Positions 41,501 through 53,500 of a DNA stretch of 64,000 nt are shown here, in pieces. The notes beneath the pieces were generated by a model. The model saw only the letters and a program-made list of their open reading frames with translations. It was not told where the DNA came from and ran no database searches. Source of the DNA: Magallana gigas (taxonomy: Eukaryota); contig NC_088854.1 in the NCBI RefSeq assembly GCF_963853765.1, forward strand, positions 24,800,001-24,864,000, in the 5' to 3' direction. Position 1 is the first letter of the stretch. Each line of letters begins with the position of its first letter. The position numbers were made by a program, and so were the translations under genes.

Positions 41501-44500
41501 CAAATGTTTTCATTTAACTATCAACATGTTTTTCTAGTATGTATATTTCAATTGATGTTTCTGTTGTAATAGGAGACAGATATTGCCAAGCTAACCCTGG
41601 CAGCATTGTAGCACACCCTGGTAATTGCGCTCAATACTACAACTGCTCACAAAAGAATACCAAGCTGGGAGGGTATTTGATGGAGTGTCCATACCCGAAT
41701 CTCTTCTCAAAGATCTCAAACTCTTGTCAGAATTTCAACTCAACGGTCTGTCAAAATCGATTTGAACCACAAGCTCCATGTAAGTTCACGTTAATTTTAA
41801 AACACTTTAACGCCTAAAAGCTTTTTCATAGTTTCATTTTGAAATGACTCATTTTGTGTCGCCTTTCTACCATACTTTTTATACAACAACTATTTTGGAT
41901 TTATGCTTTATAGTGTATGCATATTGCACAGTGATCAAATCCATAATAATATTGGTATACATGTGAATGTTGAATGTGAAGGTTGTTGAACTTGATCTGT
42001 AGGAATTTTGCCACATCCGAGGGATTGGTTTTTTTTAAATTCCTGATGAAATTTTGTATCAATTTGATTTTTTTTTCGCATGTACAGGTGAATACATTGT
42101 AAACAGGGAACCATCTTTATCTCTTCAAAGAAGCACAGTTCCTTGTCCAGATAGACTTCCATCATGTATTGGACTTTCCGATGGAAAGCACGAATTTCCT
42201 AGAAGACGTTGGTGGGCAGACTATATTGTTTGCTATCATAATAGAACAGTAGAAATCAACAAATGTGCAAATGGATATTTTAATCCATACCTACGTATTT
42301 GTGTCAGGTGGATTTCATTGAGTAAGATATTTTCTTTTCCTTCGTTTCTGCACTGATAAATCTATAGATTCCTTTCTAACTTTTGTGATTGCAGTTTTTA
42401 AAAAAACAGGGATTTCATATAACCGTTTTTTGTAACAGATTACATAATGGAGTTTTGTGGTGTCCATTCGCAAACTGTTGTGTCTCATCCGAGTAATTGT
42501 GCACAATTCTTTGACTGCAAACAGTTACTGTCATCCAAATCATTACTGGTACAGGAGTGCGTATACCCCCAACTTTTTTCTACTCAGTCAATGAAATGCC
42601 AGCCGTTCTACTCTGTAAACTGTCGTGGAAAGAAGGAACCAATGGCACCATGTAAGTAAATAAATTCAAAAGTATTATCAATTAAATTAGTTTATCATAA
42701 GATTGAAATAGGGTCAACTACACTTGGTACTTTAAAACTAGATTGTCATTTTGTCATATTTATTTGAGGAACAATTAAATGGAACAAGCGTACCTCGACA
42801 ACTGACATCGTAGATTTGGTGAATTTTGAAAGTAATGAACACAAAGCATTTTAAACTTTCAAAATGGAAAAAAATAATTGTTGAAACTTTTGGTCAGATC
42901 TTGGTCATCTTTCTGTACTGTTTAGTATGATACAGGCCGAAGTAAACTTGACCCTTTATTCTTTATTAGGCCAATACAATCAAAATATGTGCAAAGTCAA
43001 TTCGCCAAGTTGTATCCCCTGTCCCGAGAGACTACCAAGTTGCTTAGGAACTCCAGATGGTCCCCAAGTGTATCCACAGAGACTATGGACTGCATGGTAC
43101 ATAGTCTGTGACCGAAACAGGACTATTGAGATAACAAAATGTCAGCATGGACAAATATTTGATCCTCATCACAGGCAATGTGTGACTGCAGATAAAACAG
43201 GTACGTCAGTAGTTTGAGTCTTTTGTCTGTCCTTTAGGTAAATTGTCTTATAAAGATGTGTATGTCATTTTCTATGAAACGATATCTTTCCTTTTTACAT
43301 TTTACCTACATGTACACCGGTATTGAGAAGGTGAGTTGTAAAGGGTAAATCCTGTTAACAAAATGTTATTCATCAAATGTAAAGTCAAACAAATAAAGCA
43401 ATTCTATTGAATGATATTCAGTATTGAATTGTTATATTTTGATAAACAATAACTCCTTTTTATTATTGATATATTTATAATTATCCTTTTTCTGCTATAA
43501 TTTATTGTAGATCAAATCGCTGCCATTTGCAAAGCAAATCCTTCACTACTGATCCCATACCATAACAATTGTGCTAGATACTACAGGTGCTCAGACATGT
43601 TGGAAGGAACAGTACCGTTGTCTGAGTGTCAGTACCCAGACCTATTTTCTTCTAGCAATGGAACATGCATGGACTATAGATTGGTACATTGTGTTGACAG
43701 ACCAGAACCTAAAGCTCCATGTAAGTTAAATGTGAATCAGGATAAGGATAAAGACAAAATTTCAAATATGTCTTTTGTTCAAATATTGTCATAACAATCA
43801 CATTGACTTTCTCTAAGCTTGAAGGTGCGTTTTATGTTGTAGGTGAATATCAACAAAACCTGTGTGCGTCCTATAATAGTTCTTGTTTACCATGTTCTGA
43901 TCGCCTACCTAGCTGTGTAGGTCTTCCAAATGGCAAGAACTCATTCTCTGGAAGAGTGTGGTCCCCATATTATGTAGACTGCTTGAATAATAGGACATAT
44001 ACTGTACATAGATGTACAAATGGTTGGTTCCACCCTGTTCAGAGATTATGTGTTACTCAAATACATCCAGGTATGTTTTCAAAAATATTCAAATTAACCA
44101 AATATCAGGAGATTTTATGTTTTTGAATATTAATATATGTTATTTGCTTTCATTTTATAGGGGATGTGATATCATTTTGCTCTGCAAACAAAAATGCAAT
44201 ATCTGCTGACAGTCTAAATGCTGCCCATTTTATCAACTGTTCGGATCCCAATCCAAACATCTCTCACTACATTCAAGAATGTCCATATCCTCAGCTGTTC
44301 TCCACTGAGACCCACTCATGTCAGGACTTTAGAACTGTACCGGTTGATTCTAGAATAGTTCCTCAGGCACCCTGTAAGTTTTAAGCTTGTTTAAAAGCAA
44401 GCTGTTAAGTACGAGAACACATGTATTGGGGGATGAAAATTGATAATCAAGAAATAAGTGACAGGATTCAGTCTTTTTTCAAATTTTGGATCGTTATATT

Positions 44501-47500
44501 GTTTAAAACTTTAGAATTTAAGTATAAAATAATAATAATTTTGCAGGTGAATACAGCCAATACCATTGCTACAATATCGACAAATCCTGTAGACCGTGTC
44601 ATGAGGTGCATCACTCTTGTATCGGTTTGCCAGATGGGGATAATGCGGTGTCTGGACTTACCTGGACATCGTCCTATATCACCTGTTTGTTAAACAGAAC
44701 CATCGCAGAAAACACGTGCGAGAAAGGTGTATTTGATCCACATAAGAGAATATGCACTACCCCTGTAGTGGTCGGTAAGTAAACAAATTAAAAAATATGT
44801 ATCACGAATATGACGCATCTGTTTGTATGAGGACGTAAATGAATCATCAAACTGAATTATATCGTTACTTTTTGTCTCTTTTTTTATTGTGTTTGGTTTT
44901 GGGAGAGGTGTTTGGGGGGAGAAGTTATTTTAGAAAAAGAAATGTACCTCAAACAAAATTTTATATTGACAGATAAAATCGATCAATATTGCATCGATAA
45001 CCCTACTGCCATTGTGAAACATCCAGGAAACTGTGGTTGGTACTACAATTGCTCAAACAGAGACTCAACTATCGGAAAATACATTCAAGAGTGTAGATAT
45101 CCAGAGTTATTCTCCACAATTACTAAGAAATGCGAGGAATTTACAGACGTTAACTGTATATCAAGGCATGAGCCTCAAGCACCATGTAAGTAATGATACG
45201 CTTTTAAAACAAAACAAGAATATCAAGATATATATTTGTTTGTTAATAGAAATAGATTGAATATTAGATTTTCTTTAAATTTAATAGAAAAAAATACATT
45301 TTCATAATAGTATTTTAAACTACAGTTGAACTTCGATATCTCGAACACCGATATCTCGAATACAATGGACAAGTCGAAGTGATTTTTAAGTCCCAACCAC
45401 CTATTTTTAAAGAAATTTATCCTCGATATCTCGAATACTCGGATATCTCAAAGTTTTTCAGCAGCCCCATCTTGTTCGAGATAACGAAGTATATTGATTA
45501 TTTTGATAATGAGTGTGTTTTCTTGGATTTAAATGTACTGTGCTTTTAAAAAGGTGAGTATGTGAGAAACACCTGCCCGATGTCCGACCAAAGTTGCATC
45601 CCTTGTCCAATCAGATTACCAAGCTGTATTGGATTACCAGATGGGTTAAATCCTATTTCTGGGAACTTCTGGTCAAGGAAATACCTCAGATGTTTATTAA
45701 ATAGAACCATTGATATATTGGAGTGCCCTGATGGTTATTTCAATCCATATCTACGTACCTGTGTGGACAGAATATCCCCAAGTGAGTTCACAGATTCTTG
45801 ATTCCCTTCGTGTTTATATTATAGTTTTAAAAGTTAGATATGTTGAAGTATTGTAAAATATGATTCTTCTTGTTCAATTTTAGCATATGTGTCTGAATTC
45901 TGTAAAACTAATTCTATGGCTGTGGTTGGGAATAGCATCAATTGTGCTCAATACATTGATTGTACCAAAAATCCAGAGAGTTATGTGTTGGAGTGTAGGT
46001 ACCCAGACCTCTTCTCTGCTAGAAACAGAAAGTGTCAGACTTTTACGGATGTTGAGTGTGGAAGTGCTACTGAACCACAGGCTCCATGTAAGATTTATCC
46101 ACAAATATAATCAATATTAGTTTTGAACAGCTCACAATTTTTTAAGAAGAGTTATGAAAGGTGCAAAAGGACTATGTGCGGTATGATCAAATATATGCCC
46201 CCGATTTCAACCAATTTTTAAATAGTATCGTATAAAAATAAAATCTTTACAAATCATTGTATAGAGGATGCCTATAACTTTAATAATGATTTTAGTCATC
46301 ATTACTCATTCGCTGTGTATCTATGACGTCACCTAAATGGCCCAATTGTAATATGCAAACAAATGAAAATATTCTCATTTTTGCTATATATTTTGCATTC
46401 GGAAATATAGAGCGCAGGTCTGCTCAAGTGCGATTTTAACATATGTTTTTCTTCAGATAGTTATACACATTATACTAAAATATGGTACTTGAGCAAGCCT
46501 GCGCTCGATGTTTCCCAGTCGAAAAACCATCGGAAAACACCCATATTTCGCTACAAAACATCAATTTATCAAAATAATGCAATCTTCATGACATCATATC
46601 TACATTATGACGTCACTGTGGTGATAACCTTTTACACCTTTATTTCCAATATGATTTTAACTATCTTTTACCTTATTTTTAAAGCTCTTTCTAAAACTTT
46701 GATTTTGGGGGCAAAAAATGCATAAAACCGCACTTAGTCCTTTACTTAATTTAGTTTTCCAGTAAAATACTTTTTATTTCATTTGAATCATAATGTATTT
46801 ACTTCTCAGAGACCTATTTTAAATTTGCATCAACAATAGATTTATTTGTTTGATTGGTAATATCAATGATATCATTTTTATTGAATTGCATTATTTAAAC
46901 TGGCGAATATATTTGTAAGCATCATGAACGGTTTTGCAGGCTCGTACAAACAAAATGTGTGTAAGAGCAAGGGTCCTAGTTGTATACCATGTTCTGAGCG
47001 CCTCCCAAGCTGTGTGGGCCTGTCAAATGGTTACCATGGATTCCAAATGCAGTGGTCCTCTAAATATTTCCAGTGCTACAAAAACCGAACAATAAATGTT
47101 CTAAATTGTAAAGGATACTTTGACCCAAATGCAAAGAAATGTGTAGAAAAAATACATTCAGGTATCTTAATGTTTGAACAATTAAATCTATTTTGACTTA
47201 TCGGTTCTTTTGTGGAAAAATTTAAGTACACTTCTTTGTTAACACTTTTTTAGAAACATAATGAAAAATATTTTTTGTAAATGAATATAAATTTGTTTTA
47301 TCCAATTCAGAAAATATTGATGAGTTTTGCCAATATCACCCGACCCTGCGTATACCAAGCTGGATAAACTGTGCGCAGTACTATGATTGCTCCATGAAAG
47401 ACTCAATATATAAACCATACCTCCATGAATGCCCATATCCCCAGCTCTTTTCTCTGGCTACATTGCAATGTGAAGATTTTCATCAAACGTCTTGTGGGAC

Positions 47501-50500
47501 TCGAACAGAGCCTATGGCACCTTGTAAGAGCTGTTTATTGTACAAGAGTAATAGTTATAATACATCTGTTCAGTGTGAAACTTTATCCTTATAAGATGTC
47601 ATATACTGTATAAAATAAAATATCTATAGGTGAAACATAAAGAAATGATCCTCACATGCTAAGATCATAAGCTTGACAGTTTTGGGTTAAAACAAAATTT
47701 GAATAATTCCATTTTCTCTGCCAAAGGTCAATATCTCAAAAACCAGTGTTCCATTGGAGACAGCAGTTGCCTCCCTTGTCCATCGAGACTTCCAAGCTGC
47801 CTTACATTACCAGATGGGGCTAATGCCTACCCTGGCAGAAAACAATCTCCCAACTATATTGTTTGTGACAGAAATAGGACGCTAGCAGTAAAAACATGTC
47901 CAACTGGATACTTTGACAAAGCCTCTAGAACGTGTCTGCAGCCAGGGACAACACCATGTGAGTATTGAATAATCCTTGCAAAACAAGTGAGGCTAACCAG
48001 TAAATCTCAATCAAATTTGAAATATCTGTAGAAAAAAGGTGTATGACTAGGTTATGGAGGTATAATTAAAGTTAGCAAGAACTCTCAGATATTCTATGGT
48101 GGTTTTTGTATTACCAAAACAATTGAAGTTTTTTTTTAACTTTGAATTACTGTCTCCTTTTAGTCACACAAGGTGGTATTTGTGGAAATATCAGACATGG
48201 ATTAATCCCAGATCCGTCCAATTGTGCACGGTTTTATAACTGTTCCACGGGCTTGATGAACCCTCTATCCCAGGAATGTCAGTATCCTTCCCTGTTTTCA
48301 ATTATTAGGAGAGCTTGCGTCAACTTTGAGTCTGTCCAGTGTGGTGTAAGATATGAACCACAAAGTCCGTGTAAGTTCTATAAACGTTTTTTAAATTGAA
48401 ATAAAATTTTAACGCTATCGAAATTACACCACGTTTTATGAAACTTCATATTTATAATATTTTTATATTTGATGAATACAAGAAAATGCGTTTAATGAAT
48501 TTTGCAGGTGAGTATAAACAAAATCAATGCACAGACAATGATGGCACCTGTTTACCATGTCTGTCCAGGCTCCCAAGCTGTGTTGGCCTTCCAAACGGAG
48601 AACAGGAGTTCCCAGGTCGACTCTGGACACCCTGGTTTATAGAATGTTTTCTGAACCGAACTGTAAACATTGGCAACTGCGGAAGGGGAGTGTTCGATCC
48701 TAATATTAAGGACTGTGTGGCAGAGCTAGACAAAAGTAAATGAAGAGTTCAAATATTATTGGAAATTGTTATACTTCATTTAATATACACCATGAATAAA
48801 TGCAATAATAAATACTCAAAGGTTATAAGAATAAAATTTAAGTGTATATGTATTATTGCATGGTTTAACTTCTAAAGTCAGTCGATTACTCAAGATTATT
48901 GAGAAATGTTTATCACAAATCACCCAGATGTCTGTGTATTGGCCATTAATTTCGATATATGAAAGATAATCACTAAATGATTTTAAAACAATATTTGCGT
49001 TTTCAAGTATATTGAGATAGAAAATGGAATAAATCTTAAATGGTTATTTTACATGCATTGAATGTTTTGATGTTTCAGATAACATTGACCGCTACTGTAA
49101 ATTCCACCCTTCCGCACTAGCTCCATATTCTGATAACTGTGCACAGTATTTTGATTGTCGCATGAAAGATTCAACACTAAGGGGATTCCTTCATGAATGT
49201 ACATATCCGCAGCTCTTTGACAAAAATTCCATGCAGTGTGCCAGTTATCAATCTGTTTCTTGTGATGGTCGATACAAACCTCTCACCCCATGTAAGTAAA
49301 AGTGATGTAGGCTTCATTTCATTAACTTTAAGATTACTCTTCTCTTAATGTCGAGATCTAGTAAATGAAAGGTGCCTACAGGTTTATGAAATTCAAGATA
49401 AAAATTCTTTTAATGATGGTTCATAATATCTTTGTTTCATAGGGTGTACCGGGGCGTACATTTTTGATAAACACGTTTAAAAAATTGTTTTAAACAACCA
49501 TTTTCTATGAAATATGAAGGACAAAAGTAACAAATCTCAGAGATTTGTCCATTTTTGACTAATGAAATATATCTAGATTGCCTACAGTCTCTCCAAAAAC
49601 GGCATTAAACAAGCTCTTGACCTTCTCCTTAAAATGATGTCAAATTGAACATAGGTTCTGGGATTACTTTTCCCGTGATTAAAAAAAGAATGTCCAAAAT
49701 ATTGTTTTATTTTTCTACTCAATTCCTTTAAAACCGTAAAATACGGGAAAAGATTCATCAAATCAATTATGACGTAACAATGGTTCTAGCACCCCCCCCC
49801 CCCCCTGGAATCATTTACTAGATCCTGACATTAATATTAAAGGTTTGCAAAGCATTAGCTTTTTTATTTTTATTTCAAAAAGGTGACTATGCTCTAAATG
49901 AATGCAGGACTGCTGATTGTATTCCATGTAAAGAGCGCTTCTCTCTATGTAAAAATAAAATAGACGGTCCGAATGCTCTGCCAGGAGAGGTTGTTACAAC
50001 TAGATATGTTGAGTGTAGGCAAGGAGTCGCCACGGGAATCAAGTCATGTCCAGACAGGAAAATATTTAGTCCCCAGGACAGGAAGTGTAAAATCAGTGAC
50101 CAAGGTAGACTTGTTTTTAATCATTGCCTTATAAAACTTATCTTTACAATAAACACATTTTTATCAAATTGAATTTAGAAATGTGTCTCTGGTTTTGTGG
50201 TATTTTATGTCCTACACGTATGACACCCTTTTACATTTTATTGTTTGCAGATACTTTGTATGCAATCTGTAAAGCACATCCTAATATTGTCCGACCAAAT
50301 CCTTACGACTGTGCTCAGTTTATTGACTGCAGTAAGTCAAGACCTGGTCACGTGATTGGGGAGTACGTGAAGGAGTGTCCCTATCCTAAACTGTTTTCTA
50401 CAGACACAATGGAGTGTCAGGAATACAATAAGGTTTTGTGCAATACAAGAAGGGAACCAAGAGCCCCATGTATGTGTCTTTGATATTTCATTTGTTTTAT

Positions 50501-53500
50501 AAATATATTCATGCATATTCCTTGTGTATACCATACGGACTAACATTTAAGAACAAAAGGAAGAATTTAATCTCATCTTTACTTTGCATTGATATTGTAC
50601 ATATCTTTACTTATACTAGGTGAATATCTGCAAAATCTGTGTACTGGAAAGAACAAGAACTGTCAGCCATGCACTGAGAGACTTCCTAGCTGTATAGGAC
50701 TACCAAATGGCTTCAATCCAATTATGGAGTCTCTGTGGAAAAAAGACTATATTGAATGTAAAGACAATAGAACAGTCGCTGTAAAATCCTGTACGAACGG
50801 GGTATTTGATCCTTACAACAGGGAGTGTATGAAAGGTAAGCTATTGTATATCACTTAAACATTGCGTCCATGTTATGTATTAAAAGTCTAGTAACATCGT
50901 AATGTAACTATTATTTGTGTTTGTAGATACTGTATCCAGTTATTGTATGATACACCCAAGGGGGTCCCTACCTAACCCCCAAAACTGTGCCCAGTTTTAT
51001 GACTGCAGTGTAAGGGATTCAGAGTATGGATTATATCTGAAAGAATGCCAATATCCCCTGCTGTATGAAATAGAGACGGGCACCTGTCAACACTACAGTA
51101 AAGTGAACTGTGGGTCACGATATGAACCTGTAGAACCATGTAAGTAATTCTTAACATAACTGCAGAACCTTTTTGTAGTTTTCAAAAGCATGAACACATG
51201 AACAACATACATTTCTTAACACAATAGTCTTAACTATTTGACGGAAAATCAATAACAAAGCTGTTATAGTTTAATGACAATTGAGATTAATTTAAAAACA
51301 ATATAGCAAAAGCAATAAAATGTTCTATTCACTTTTACGCCTAAATGCCTGGTTTGACGAATGCATCAAATTTACATTCAATTTTGTTTCAATCAAAAGT
51401 AGATCAAACTGAGTATATGAAATAACTAGAATATGTATAACCCTACACTACAATCATCAACATCAAAGTGAAAAATCTTTATACGTTTGTCCCTTTTTCT
51501 GCGAAAAGAAATGAAAATAAAGATGAACAGATATATAGATAAGTACCAATTAAAAGTAACAGCCAGTTTTGTTGTGACATTACAGGTGAGTATATTCAGA
51601 GTCAGTGTATCGGTGCTGGTTGTCCGGCCTGCAGCCAGGTCAGTTGCCGCACTCACCCTGATGGAGCCAATGAATACCCTGGCAGGAAGCACACCCCGTG
51701 GTACGTGGTGTGTGAGAATGGAAGAACTGTGGCCGTGGAACAGTGTCACGTGGGAATTTTTGACCAGCAGTCTCGCATGTGTTTGACTAATACAGGTAAA
51801 TTTGCTGGTGAGATATACGAAGAACAGAAGACAATTTCAGAGTTGTTTTTTTGGATAATGTGAAAATAAATGAGAAATATATATTTAGTAGATTGTGTAA
51901 AAGGCAATAAAGAGGCTTTGTATTAATGAAAGCATGTGTTGCATCAATATTCTGTATGTGTAAAATAAGATAATTCATAATGCTTGTTAAACATTTATTG
52001 GATTTTTATTATCTGTAGTTGTGTAATAGATAATATGTTAACACTAACCAAATACTCATTTAGCCACAACATTAACAATCAATATCAACGCAATTCTTAT
52101 ACATAATTAACAAAACAGGTTTAGCTTATTATAACGAAGTGATTTTAATCTTTTGTATTAAAAAAAAGAACTTTAAACTCTGGTTGTAACACGTTTTTGA
52201 TTGGCTAAATAAATCCAACTATATATTTGGCGCGTTTGCTTTACGTATGAATTCTTTTGATGCTGCATTTAGGAGGTATGGAACACCATCATATTATGAC
52301 ATACTTATACATTGTAATTTCTTCCAAAATAGAAACAATTGAGAAAAATAGTTGACACATTTTTCTATCATTTGTGTCTCTCACTGCGTAGTGCAATAGA
52401 TTAAAGGAATCTCTATCATTTTGTAAGTCATCAGTTAGAATTCATCTGAGGCTGAGGCATTTTTTACTTTTGTAAAATATTTTCAAAAACATTTTATGGT
52501 CATTTACTGTACAATTTTAGAACGCCGGAAATTTTTTATAATTATAAACTTTCATCGATATTAACATCTACATCCCTTTTCTCTTTAAATTTCCTATAAA
52601 TTAACGCCATTTTACATAATGCGTCTTATTTTCTTAAGTTAATATATTAACTTGAATTAATTTGTACTTATATTCTATAATAAAAGCACAACTGGGACAG
52701 TTTCCGCTGACTCAAAAATATGTTATACAGATAAAATAAAAAATATTGAATAAAAGTTGTAAAAATTCGATGATTAAATTCATTCATTTTATTAAATTTT
52801 TAAACATTAATTTTTAGCAAATCAAAAGCTCCTTTTTAAAAAGAATAAGTAGATTCGTCTGAAATATTTAACTTCATATAATATGTTTTACAATGCAATT
52901 ACAACGTAGAAAACCATTTGTTTAGCCAATCAAATGAAATTTAAAACTAAAAAACTTCTTACTAGTACCTATCAGCTGCCATTGTATACAATTGCAGGCT
53001 CTATAAATGACTACTGTGAGCGGAATCCCGGACTGGTTTTCCCAAGCTTTGCAAGCTGTGCACAGTTTTACGAGTGTGGCCGATACAATGACATAACGGG
53101 GACCTATCTGCACGAATGTGCTTATCCATTGCTGTATGACACCGCCTCAAAAACGTGTCAACACTTCACCAAAGTAAAATGTGACAAAAGGAATGTCCCT
53201 TATGCACCATGTCAGTATACACAAAGTGCCTGATAAGAAATTTAAAATTTTCCATCAATGTTGACACTTAAAGATATTTAATTACACATTTTTCTTTTAA
53301 TTAGGTGACTATATGCAAAATAGATGTCATGAAAGAAATACAACGTGCAAACCTTGTGATGAAAGGTTCATTTCCTGTGTAAACAAACCCGATGGTAGAA
53401 ATGAAGTGCCAGGAGACATATACTCGTATGTTTATTGTCTCCAGAATAGGACAATCAACAGAGTCATGTGTTCACAGGGTGCATTCTTTCATCCGTTAGT

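Noticed and set aside
53211-53233. Second fused exon (ORF reads APCQYTQSA*)
   Set aside because: GTCAGT is the donor and the read-through stops after 7 codons; the true Q exon starts at 53305. The likeness to the C-Q-Y-x-Q consensus is probably a result of donor and codon overlap.
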